Positions 1 through 11,041 of a stretch of DNA of 64,000 nucleotides are shown in pieces. Made by a program: the position numbers and the translations under genes. This DNA comes from Amoebophrya sp. A120 (lineage: Eukaryota; Protista; Dinoflagellata), in contig CAJINV010000003.1 of assembly GCA_905178155.1 (NCBI GenBank), positions 7,611,882-7,675,881 on the forward strand. Direction: 5' to 3'. The stretch's first letter is position 1. Every line of letters starts with the position of its first letter. The notes beneath the pieces are model-generated. The model saw only the letters and a list, made by a program, of their open reading frames with translations. It was not told the origin of the DNA and ran no database searches.

Positions 1-855
1 CGCCGGTTTGCCGGGGCCGCCAGGTTGCTCGCAGTCCGCAGCCGAGTGTGGCGATTTGGGCACACGAGACGCCAACACAGACGCGGCGCGGTTGTGCACA
101 CAAACAGCAGCGGAGTCCATGCGCGCGCCGCGTTTTCGGTTGCATTGCAACACACTTTGGCACGAGCTACGCCGAAGGTTTCCCGGGAAACCTTAAACGA
201 CCCTGCCCGAGCGGAGTCCATTGATTTCTAGGTCTCACAGCGTCACTTTCTCGATTTCAAAGAGGAGGAGCACAGGCTATATGGAGCTCGACCGTCATGG
301 CCAAAAAGCACAGATCGCGAAATGTCGCTCGTACTGGAGGAAATAACGACACCGACAAAATAGCTGCAACTGGCACGAAGCATCGTCGTGCCGTGGATAC
401 CAATGTGCGCGGCACGCACTTTTGAAGAAGAGCAGCTACCACACGCCCGGCCAACATGATGATCATGAATAATCAAACACACTTCGAAAAATGGGAGACA
501 TATCCGGCGGATGTTGCCAGCGCTACGGGTCACCTTATTGATCGCATCACTTCTTATGCTCTTCGCTTCGTGCTTATGGCGTAAGCACGGCGTACTCATT
601 CGACTGTACTTACTTAATCGTAAAAACTGAAAATCGAACTGACCAAGGCGAGTGCGGCCTGGAGCCCATTTTTGCGAATGGGGACATGATAAGAAAGAAA
701 TACGGATGAGCTCGCTGGTAGGTATAGCGAAGAAACTTGTGCCGGGGCATGATCTTTCACAGAGGAACTTGGGCATGATCTTTCACAGAGCACGCCTTTT
801 GTGGCGACAAACTCAAGGACTCAAGTTCGCAGTCTCAAGTTCGGAGTCGCTGCGT

Positions 856-3382
856 CTACTGGGACACAGTAAGCCCGTCGAGAATCAGCGAGATGTTCCG
901 CACGCCGGTTTTTTCCTCGTCCTCCACTTCGTCGTCTCCGTCGTAGAACGGATCGAACTCTAGCACGTAGCCCAACTGGAGAAACTGGCGAATCAGTTCC
1001 GTCGCTTCCTCTACGTAGCGCCTTCCAGACGTCCCTTCGAAGACTATCTGTTTCGGCCTTGCTTCTGGGCCGTATGTTAAACAGTGCCGGCGCACGCTCC
1101 TCATTATGTCGAAGTCCAGGCCCTCACAGTCTAACTGGAGCAACTCCGGGCGCTGAACGTTGTAGACTGCCAGCAACTGCGTGTAGCTAACCGCAGGGAC
1201 CGTTTTAGAACTCTCGGCGTCCACTATCCCGAGTCGCTGCAACCGCCCGTAGAAGTAGCTGTATCCTGTGTAAAAACGTCCCCACCCCAGAGTCGAGATG
1301 GGGATTTTGCAACATAAACCTAGAACTTTTGGGGGTCACGCATCACAAGTTGCAGTCCGTAGTGTAGTGCAGGTTCGCAAGGCCAGCTGCATCAGAAATC
1401 CATCTGCTCATCCTGGTCACAGCATTACAAATGCCGAAACACGATTGGAAATGCCTTTCATGGGGAAGCGCATTACAAGTGTTCCTGTCATTGCAAATCT
1501 GCATGACAACTCTGGGGTGGCTACGTTTTTACACGGGATAAGCTGGGTCGCTGGTTCACGCTGGCGCAAGCGGTTGCGAGCTGTCCCGTGTGGTAGCAGG
1601 TCCAGCATTTCGCTCGCTGATGGAGAGAGCACGCGCAGCCCGTTCGCCACGACTTTTCCAGTTCCACAATCTTGTCCTTTGGTACGAAGTAGACTGGTAT
1701 GCATTGCAAATCCATCCGGGTCTGGATTATCATGCGAAGCGTGGTCATTCCCCCCGCAAGGATCTCTATTGAGAGAGTTACAACAATAAAAGCATTTGAA
1801 GTAAACTACCTAAGAATACCTAAAGCAAAAATTATACTACGCTAGGAAAAATAGATCCTGGTTTGAAAGCATGAATTTTCGTGCTTTGGAACTTGCTATC
1901 GTGAGTGCAATTCTGGAAGTGGATATTTAGGGCTTGAGCGAGAAGAAGGAGAGGGCAGTTGTGTGCAGAGAGGCAAATAAGCATGACAGATTTGCAGAAT
2001 AGAAGAGGAGGTTAGGAGGAAGAAGAAAGAAAAGGTTAGGAGGAAGAAGGAACGAGCAGAGCACTTCATAACTTTTGCGTTCTTGTGGTCTGCTGGTGAT
2101 GAACGTCTTCACCAACGCCTTAAGCGCCGGCCTAAACCTGCCGTTTGCCTACGGGAAGCAGACCGATCATGATCCGCGGCTCCAGCCTCGCGCAACCCTG
2201 CAGGAAAAGACACCGGTGGGCGCAGGCGCAGCTAGCTTTTCTCACTGCGCTCAATCTCTCATCATGAATTTAAATTAATGGTTAGAGCTAGAGCTAGAAC
2301 AGGACACAGCGTATCTTTATGCCTGATCTTCGGCATTTTTCGCACATATTAATTGGGATAGGATGCATTTTACCACGTGGAGCCATGTGCTGCATTTTGA
2401 ATTCGTTAATACATTTTTCTGAGTTTGTCATGCAAAAGATTCATATTGCATAAAGCGTCACTCTATCTGGACCCAGACAGATCCGCAGAGGATAACTGTG
2501 GCGGGCTTGGAATATTTCTCCAACGCCACGACATACGAAGCTTCGTGATCCGTGGCCGAACACTGCGGCGCTTTTTCCGTCTTGCCTGTCGGCAGACTGC
2601 CGGGCTGCTCTCCCCGCCGGTCTTCCTCTGCCGGCGACGCCTCGTGTACGTCCCGCCCCCGCGGAACCCCAACCATCGCCACATTGGCCAGGTTGAGGTT
2701 GCTATGCTGCGGTAGTTCCTGCAGGACCCAAGGGATCACGTCAACCGCCAGCCCATAGATATTCTCAGCCGGCTCCCGCATCCACCTGTGCCACTTTTTG
2801 TAGTAGTGATAGTTTCCAGCTTATCGTGAGAAAAAGTCTTACAGTTACACATTGTGTTGCGGGACAAGCTCAAGCAACAGAGATAAAACCTTTGTCATGT
2901 CGAAAATGCTTGCGATGCTCGTTCTGTGAAAGCTTTTTTTCGTGATTTCCGCATTACGCGTTTTCTTTGTCATGCAGGACAGCACTCACTGTGTTGCTGA
3001 AGCTGCAGCAAGTGTGTCACCGTAAAACTTTTTCCTTATCCTTGCATAAAGTGCTGCACGAAGAAAAGGACCCGTCTGCCAACGGAAACACCGCGTGGCT
3101 GATGGTGTTGTAGTTGCTCGTCCCTATTTCGCAGAAGTGGATCACTCGGCGCGGGCTCCCTGGCGACGGTTGATACTCCGTTGACAAAAAACGAGTCAGC
3201 TCGCACTCCTCCGCAGAACTTAGGGGCTCCATCCATGGTTTTTGCCCTGCGTCCCGTCGCAACCGCTTGGCATCAGGTACCGCTTCAGAACTCCCACCAT
3301 CGCTAAGGACTTTCGAAAGATGATTCTCCGGCGGGCTGCTTCGACGCTTTCCCGTCGGTGATGCTTCCGGCACATCAGTCAT
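856..3382 (-). CDS. FkbM-family SAM-dependent methyltransferase-like protein, multi-exon
   Basis: Motifs are spread over the exons: FCEIGTSNYNT (motif I-like), GLAVDVIP...NVAMV, and PELLQLDCEGLDFDIM...QIVFE (KxDxEG-like). Removing element 1262-1540 plus one TSD joins NQRPS|YFYGRLQRL. The middle intron boundaries (about 1765-2470) are uncertain. Confidence 0.65.
1262..1540. mobile_element. Introner/MITE family A (279 bp), TSD AGCTG
   Basis: TIR tatcctgtgtaaaaacgt...acgtttttacacgggata; agctg at 1257-1261 and 1541-1545; frame restored on removal. Confidence 0.95.
2822..3042. mobile_element. Decayed introner-like intron, compatible with GC-AG splicing
   Basis: Inner inverted repeat gaaaaagtcttacagttacaca vs reverse-complement gaaaaagttttacggtgacaca; left end tatc; TSD decayed; removing the element plus 5 nt keeps frame. 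Confidence 0.55.
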
Positions 3383-3995
3383 GCACTTCTACCGGGCGGC
3401 GAGGTCCGAAGGAAACTGGCTCGGCGGGTAATCAGTAAAAGAAACGGAGCGGCATGCTTTTTTTGAGGGTGTGGCACACTTTCGGCTGTTCTGCAACGAG
3501 AACAATGGATTTGCTCTGACCACAACGATTGGCCCTTCGACTGTGTCTCTCACTCTCAGCAACACACTTCTCGCCCTCACAATAGATACAGTTCGAAACA
3601 GAAACACGTCTGCGCCGCGAGCAGTGCTCGCAGGTTGTAGGAAGGTTGCTACTTCGGCAACACACGCTTGTCGCTCTTTTTCACTACTCCAGACTCAAAA
3701 ACTCCCTCGCCAATGCAGCTTCCAGCAAAATCAACACCACCACGATCTCCCCATTGCCCTACTTACAAGAACAGTTGATCGTCTTGCCGCTGTCGCCGCG
3801 GTCCATTCCGAGTCAGCGTCTTCCGTAAACTCAGTCAGCAGAGCTAGTGGGGAAGTGCCTTGTACGAGCGTCGCGCGTGAAAAATTGTAGTCAGAAATCA
3901 AGGTTGTCGCTATCGTTGGGGGTGTTCCGGGTTTTTGGGAGTAGGAAATGCAGACAACCGCAGTTCGGGTGAAGCAAGTACATCGATCCTGTTGG

Positions 3996-4535
3996 TCACA
4001 TGAACCACCACATGAGGAAAAAGATGAACAACACGAAGAGGAGCATGTGGCACATATGATTTCCTGCGCCGCGCTTCATCATCCCGTTCAGGGAGGCTAT
4101 GGTGCCCTTCAGGCCGCCCCCTGCGCGTTCAAAATCCTCCGAAAGTCCATCCAGAATGCGATTGCCGGCCGCCACGTCCTGTCCAATTCCCTGAGCCACG
4201 TTTTTCAAACTGGACACCTTCCCCAGCAGCGAGGAGATGTATTCGTCGTTTTCCTCCTGGAGTATCTGATTTCCCCCGGCCATGGCACCCTGACCACCCG
4301 GCTGCTGCGAGGACGAGGAAGAGGAGCCATTCATGCCCTCCATCACGTTGAGCGGACCCCGCTTGGACCGGGCCCCGATCAGCATGGCCTTTTGGTCAAC
4401 CTCCATCCGCCGCGTGTAGTCGATTCGGCCGCGGCGCTCCATGTTGAGACCACTGCTGCTCGAGCTTGCAGAGGAGGCACCGCCGCCACCGGGGACGTTC
4501 GGGTTTGCTACCGCAGGAGCGCCCAGGCTAGCCAT
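3996..4535 (-). CDS. BET1: Bet1/Sft1-like Qc-SNARE, single exon
   Basis: EENDEYISSLLGKVSSLKNVAQGIGQDV...NRILDGL SNARE heptad and C-terminal transmembrane anchor (MLLFVLFIFFLMWWFM). Confidence 0.8.
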   Translation of the reverse strand: MASLGAPAVANPNVPGGGGASSASSSSSGLNMERRGRIDYTRRMEVDQKAMLIGARSKRGPLNVMEGMNGSSSSSSQQPGGQGAMAGGNQILQEENDEYISSLLGKVSSLKNVAQGIGQDVAAGNRILDGLSEDFERAGGGLKGTIASLNGMMKRGAGNHMCHMLLFVLFIFFLMWWFM

Positions 4536-5503
4536 CCATGAGATCTATCGCGTAAACATGTACTGTTGAGCGAAGCGGAGCTAAATACAGGTACCCGTAT
4601 AATTTTATGATTTTGTTGAGCAGAGGAAATACAGCAGTCTTTGAGGAACTTTTAATCTTTGACGAGGAGGGGAGAAGAAGATTGCCTCAATTATGTATGC
4701 CCAATGAAACTAACATGCACATGCTCTCTCAAGGTTCGTCTACGCACTTACTATGAATTAACACTTACACTTCTTCTTCCGTAAAAGATATTGCAGAGCT
4801 GGACGCTCACGGGACACAGCCGACGCCCTTCGCGTGCTTGCCTCGTCAACATCGAGGAGCTTAATTGATTCCGACTAAATGGGCCAAAGATCGCTGAGGT
4901 TTGCGTTTGCTTTTCTTTGTCGTGTCAGGAACAGGGAGAGAATCTTTTGACGGGTCGTATTATGCGACCACACGTCCAGCGGGAAACCTGTACAGTCAAG
5001 CGATAGCGATAGTCGCAAGAAATCGCCCTCGCGATTGCCGACAATCAATCCTATTTCGATCATTCGTACGAATTTCGTCTTGAAAACGAAACTCGATCGC
5101 CGTCTCATTCTGTTTTTCATCTTTCAAAAATTTGCATGCTATCCGTGCCATCTGTGCTCAGTGCCAAGTCGTGTCCGTGTGTGCAAGTGGAATAACGAAA
5201 AGATCTCTTTTCAAAAACTATGTACCATGTGACAGCAAGTACCCCAAAAGAAGCATTGTTCCTCTGAGGTCCCATGCATGCACACAACCAGTAGTCACGC
5301 GTGCAGCTGCAGCAAGTCGTCAAGACACTCTGATACCAAAAACTGCGCAAAAAATAGCGTTGCTCCTCTGACGACGGACTTAGAGGTCAAAGGTAAAGTA
5401 CATTCTTATGCGCGGGGACAGAAGTGTTCATCCAAACATCGATCATGTATCAAAGAAAGTTCAGATCCATTAGCTGCTGCAGCAGGTCCTTTTTGCCGGT
5501 TGA

Positions 5504-8500
5504 TCACGCAGCAACCCGCTCAAACTTAAGCTTGGCCCAAAATTCCGGAGTCGCAAGCTCCGACTTTTTCAAATATTCCACGAACCGAGCGTTGACTCTG
5601 GTCCGCTCGCATACTTGTTTCAGCGTGCGCTGGATAGAGGGCTCGTCCCGATCCTTGAAGAAGGCCTCCGTTTGCTCGGCGCGCTCAAATGTGCTACCAC
5701 TGCAGGACACAGACACCACGTGCTGCAGAAGCGAACCTGATGGTTTGCGAATCCTCACTTGTAGCTAGCATAAGGAGCACTTGGCGTGACACCGCAGAAA
5801 AAAAATGAAGAACAAGAACATGTGCGTAACCCTGACATAACAACTGTGGACCTCAAACAAGAGGTCATGCAGCAAAACACAAATAGAGCATAAAAAGTAC
5901 TGTTTGCGCTCGCGATTCTTTTTTTGATCGTGTCGTAATTTTCTCGCATCCAATCAAAGATGAGCACATTTCCAGGCTTGCCCGACCCTGAGACGCCGGT
6001 CATCGGATAGAAGAAGTCCTGGATCTTGATATCATAGGTTTCCTGCAACGTCTTTCTCTTGTACTCCACGTTTTCCACGTAACCGAGGGCGGCGTAGATT
6101 GCGAGCCGATGCGCTTGTTGCGTTTGCGGGTCCTTCATGATCTGCACAAGCTGCTCCCATACCTCGACGCATCGCTCTTTGTTTTGCAGCATGACGGTAA
6201 ACACGCTGCGCTTGTAATCGTCTGGCAGAAGCCCAGTCTTGCGATCCTGAACGAATGCCTCGTACCTTCGTGCCGCCTCCGCTTGCACCGCCGGATCCGA
6301 AGGCGCAAACCTTCATGTAGTTCTACTTCTTTCGGAAGGTGTAATTCCATTTTGCTTTTTTTGTCTACGCGAGGCTTTTTCGCATTGATTTTCTCGTCAT
6401 AAAGTAATAAACTATTCCTCGAAACAAAGAGAAATCCATGTAGCAAAAAAGCCGCACGCCTCGCACAAACCGAAACGACTAAAAAAACGACCAGACTCTA
6501 AAATGAAATAGTATACGTGGACATGAGTCCGATCAAGACCCCTCGGAGTTGCTTTGTCAGATCGTCATCGGCTTCTTTGTGGTCCCAACCAAGCTCAGCG
6601 CAGGGTCTCTGAATGAGGTCGCTGACGAATTCTTGGAACTTGGTGTAAACACTTGATCCCATTTCTGGCAGCACGCGGTCCAAACCGTCGATCGCGGCTT
6701 TCAAAGCACACCACACGTTGCTGTTGTCCTCCTGGGCAAACCCACGCAGCAGAAAAAAAAGCGCGGTTGGATCTTCCAGGTGTCCCGACCGGCAGAGTTC
6801 CATGGTGTCCTGCAGTACTCCGATCCTGAATTAGCAATGTTTGTGGATTCGACCCTCATGACAATGCCGATTGCACTCGTCACAGAATATTAAGTACCGC
6901 ATGACTTTTAAATTAGTGCTGTGTCCATAGATGTACGAGTGTAAAATGCACTCCTCTTATTTTGCTGCTTCTGAGTTTCATGCAATGATGCTCTGTATCG
7001 TCGTTGCTTCAGGAATGAGTAAGCAAAATGGACTGCTAGCAAAAGTACCGGTCCTCGGCGCAAAGTTCCTTTGATGCGACCGCTTTTGCCAAATCCTCCA
7101 ACAGTGCAGTTCCCTCGTAGAGCACACGCACGGGCACAAATTGCCCCGCATTCACCTTTACCCACCGACTGCCCTGCGGGAGCTTGAAAGTCTGCTGCTT
7201 CTCGTATCCTGCGTAAACACAGGGCCCACGACACCCAGTAGTCACGATGGGGAATCTGCTACACAAATCAGCAAGTTTTGGCTGTCGCGCGTGACACACA
7301 CATGAGAAGTAGTACACAGGCTGCCAGGAAAGACACGTCGTGTTTGGCTAGTGCAGCCGGGTCACGAATCGACTTTCGTAATCATGTGATCTCTAGTAGA
7401 GCTCGAGCATGACAAGTTCGAGTTCCAAGATAGCATTAGAAAATGGGCACTCACGTGGCTGCGCAGGGGAAACATTTCAGGCACGCAGATTGGCATGATA
7501 ACTCTGGGCGGGCGGGGACGTTTCTACACAGGATATCTCGTTAAGAAACTGGATCTCCTCCTGGTAGCCGTTGTTCGTTGCGAGAAGTATTGGCACGGTC
7601 CAGATCTTCTCGTCATCTCCTTCCTGGACCGAGTTATCAGCCAAGTACCACCGCTGGCTCAGCTGGAGCGTGGTTGCGTCAGGCCGAGAAACGGTGAGAA
7701 CCGGGAACCTGCAGCACGAGGAATGGATGCATTTTTTTCGTTCTTTAGCGGATTCAAAATTTCTGAAGTAATGAAGGAGGTTTTAGATAGTAACTGCGCC
7801 AGCAAGGGGGCTGCTCCGAAAGCACATACCTACATTCTCGTGCCAGAATGCCCTTGGCACCTGATACCGACCGCTGCGCCACACTAAAATAGAAAATGCA
7901 CTTGTCTACGTACTCTATTGAGGTACTTTTTTTACCCCATTTGCTCGGTCCAGCCCTTCATGATCTCCGCCACCGGCTTGCCGCTGACCTCCTCCCAGGC
8001 CTTCCAGAGGTCAAAGGTTTGCGTGTTGCCATACTTGTGCCGCTCCATGTACAAGCGCAGCCCCTCCTGAAACTTCTCCTTCCCCAGCGTGGCGAAGATC
8101 ATCCGGCACACGCTCCCGCCCTTGCAGTAGCTGATCGCATCGAAGATCTCGTCCACCTGTTCGGCCTTCGGGATGGGCACCTGGATCGGGTGCGACGACC
8201 GCAAAGAGTCCAATCGCAGCGCCGCCGCCTGGTCGTCGCACACGAAACTTTCCCAGATCCGCCACTCGGGGAACAACGCATCCGCGGAGAAGGTCTGCAT
8301 AAAGTTCGCAAAGCCCTCGTTCAGCCACAAATCATTCCACCACTCCATGGTCACCAGGTTTCCGATATCCCACAGAAAAAAGTTGGCAGGGCATATTTTG
8401 TAATGCAAAAATAAATACACAGAAAGATCTGTCATGGGCGGCCTCATAGCATGCTGCTTAGGATACGCAATACAGTTTTTTTTGTGTATTTATTTTTGCA

Positions 8501-10143
8501 TTACAAATGTGACCTGCCAGCTTTTTTCTGTGGAATATCCGAACCACTGGTGCGCCAGCTCGTGGGTCACCACGCTGGCCACTCGCTGCTTTCGCGCGGT
8601 GGAGGTTTTGGAAACGTCCAGTAGCAAATCAATCTCGCGGTAGGTGACGAAGCCCCAGTTCTCCATCGCGCCCGCGGCGAAGTCGGGGATGGCGGCCATG
8701 TCGCATTTGGGGAGCGGGTAGGCGATCTGGAAAAACTCGTTGTAGAATTCCAGACACCGGGTGGCCACCTCCAGCGAGAACGACAGCTGCTCCGCCTTGC
8801 CCGGCACCGACATGCACCGCACCGTCGTCTTGGGCCCGTGCACGCCCGCGGTTTCTTGCGTCAGGTAGTCCAGTTCCCCGACCAGGAACGCCAGCAAGTA
8901 CGTGCTCATCTTGGGTGAGGTGCCGAACTTGAACGTGACAGTGTTGTCCGCCTCGTTACTGATTTTTGACACCTCCGGCATATTGGAGAACGCCTGGAAC
9001 TTCTTGTCCACAACCATGGTCACGTCGAACACGCTATGCAGAGGCAAACGGGTGGGGTGAAAGAGGAGGCGGCGTAGTCCTACAAAGCCTTGTGTCGGGG
9101 GCAACGCCAGTGGCTGCTACTTTCTCTTATACCGGTAGTCTCCTGCTCCTCTGTAGAAGTTCACCGAAAAATGCGCCTCAAAAGATCCAAGGGTGGTCTG
9201 AGGAAAAAAGTACTTGTTCAGTGCTAGTCAAGAAGTGCGAAAGACGAAGACGCGCGAGAAAGACAAATTGATGTTGATAGCAAAAGTATAATGCATGTCC
9301 GCGTCATTAATGACATAATGATAATCTTTATATTCGTTTCTTCGGTCGTGTCTTCACTATCATGATCTGTTTGTTCAGTAGCAGCTGCACATCTCGAGTG
9401 GCAGCCCAGATTTCGCCCCCGTTTGCATCTACACAATTCGCTTTTCGTGCTGGCTCATCCACGCAGGGAAAGCAGCGGCGCGCGTCGATGGCCTCGAACT
9501 GCGTTACCGCCAAACGCCGTTTCTGTCCAAGCGTGTCCACATAATTTGATTGGTAAAACCCGCACATCTGGTCATTCAAAATACCTAGAATAACAAATCA
9601 AATGAAGATTTGTCGCCAACTCACTACGTACGTCACCACGTGCTGGCAACCTGCGTCTAGCCATACCATAGCAAGAACGAACTGTAGTCAGGCAGTCGAA
9701 ATATTACGCGCTCGGATCATCATGTTGATATTTCAAAAGATACGACGCGCTTTCACGCTGCATCTCCCATTACATTCGCATTCCAAGAAAGCAAAAAGTA
9801 GGAACTATAACGTACCATCGAACTTTGGGATGCACAGCTTCCCGACGGCTTCGCCGACCGGAAGAACGTGGTCCCCAAAAGAAATTACGACGGTCGTTTC
9901 TTTTGGCTTGAAGGTGATGCTCTCGGCCGCCAGTTTTTCTCCCGTTGCCGCGGGCGTGAAAAAGGCATCACTGAAGCAGAGCTCCTTAGCATTCAGGTAC
10001 AGCTCTGAGGTCGCAACCTCCACGTCGTAGGTCACTTCCAGCTTGCCGGAGAATACGCAGCGGTCCAAGTCCGGTCGCAGCTCCAGTTCGTACAAAATAG
10101 GCACGGCATCGTCGGGCAGAATTGCCCGATCGATTTCCGCCAT
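5504..10143 (-). CDS. M1 family aminopeptidase (puromycin-sensitive type) with ERAP1-like C-terminal domain, 9 exons
   Basis: [34 protein letters not shown]|[27 protein letters not shown] and WTEQMGFP motifs. Five GT-AG introns plus elements at 7205, 8366 and 9035. Confidence 0.95.
7205..7535. mobile_element. Introner family A, diverged (331 bp), TSD TCTCG
   Basis: tatcctgcgtaaac...tttctacacaggata; tctcg at 7200-7204 and 7536-7540; removal gives EIQFLNE|KQQTFKL. Confidence 0.9.
8366..8537. mobile_element. Introner with long (about 60 bp) TIRs (172 bp), TSD TCCGA
   Basis: tatcccacagaaaaaagttggcagg...ttgtaatgcaaaaataaatacac is mirrored at the right end; tccga at 8361-8365 and 8538-8542; splits HQWFG|NLV. 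Confidence 0.95.
9035..9435. mobile_element. Decayed introner, compatible with a GA-AG intron (9034-9439)
   Basis: tatgcagaggcaaacggg vs reverse-complement tgtgtagatgcaaacggg (15/18); TSD decayed; removing 406 nt gives PARKA|VFDVT. Confidence 0.65.
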
Positions 10144-11041
10144 ACTGAAGAAAGAAGTTTAATTGTGTCTGATCCTGCTCGTCTTCAACATGAAAGTTTA
10201 TTGCCGCCAATTCTATTTCTCCTTTCTATTTATTCCCAAAAAGAACAAAACCTGGAAAAAGTTCGACACAGAAGATGAAGAAGGAAATAGACCTGCTTCT
10301 CACAGAATCAATCTTCACGATTTCTTTACTGCATCTTCTGGCTCGTTCCTATGACTATGACCTAGTATGAAAGTATAAGCATGATATATGTAGTCCGCTG
10401 TCCAGAGCCTTGCTGTGTTTGCGCTTATATTTGAAGCCGAGTTTGCAAGAGACACCCGGCAAAAAAGTCACAAATCAATATCAAGAGGATCAACGACAGG
10501 TGGAGGAAATAGGTAGATCAATATCAGACCGGAAGATGCTGTGGTCCCCATAACGAACACGCAAATTTGTACTGCTCGCAACGCCGCTTCTCAATGCTAG
10601 AGGCTGCGCGATCGACGTCATCTCTTTTGGTGCGCGCTCTTACTGGCGTTCTTTGTTTCAAACAAAGCTCGAAGTACTTGCGTTCATTCTTGCTTGGAGA
10701 AAAAGAGGTCGCACAAGCCACTCGCATGGAGCGTCCAAAGGGAGTCGCCGACGGGGTCACGAAATTTGGGGAGTTGATAACACAGAGATGCGTTGTGTTT
10801 CAGGAATTAGCATTTTGGTTGGGTAGACCGGTCGTCCAGGGCGGAGCAAGTAGCTCTGCGAAGACCCATTTGTGGGGAGAGAAAGGGAAAAAACACGTGC
10901 CCAAAGCCAAAACGCGGCTCAAGAGCCTCAAGCACCGCAAAGGTCGTTCTTCTTCTTGTTGAAAGCGCGACGTAATCACGGGTGTAACAAATTGATTACT
11001 TAGATGCAGCTTGAAGCTATGGCGGTCACAGTACCTTTCCC

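Noticed and set aside
1262-1540. Interpretation of the elements as group I/II introns or inteins
   Set aside because: They are too short, show no GUGYG...AY ends or recognisable core, generally do not preserve an open frame, and have DNA-transposon TIR/TSD hallmarks instead.
2009-2049. Purine-rich duplication aggttaggaggaagaag, twice
   Set aside because: Short low-complexity slippage repeat in a probable intron.
2312-2452. Possible extra decayed element (tatc...gcata flanked by cagcg/aagcg, contains tgtcatgc)
   Set aside because: The TIR is too weak and no reading-frame test is available; possible but unsupported.
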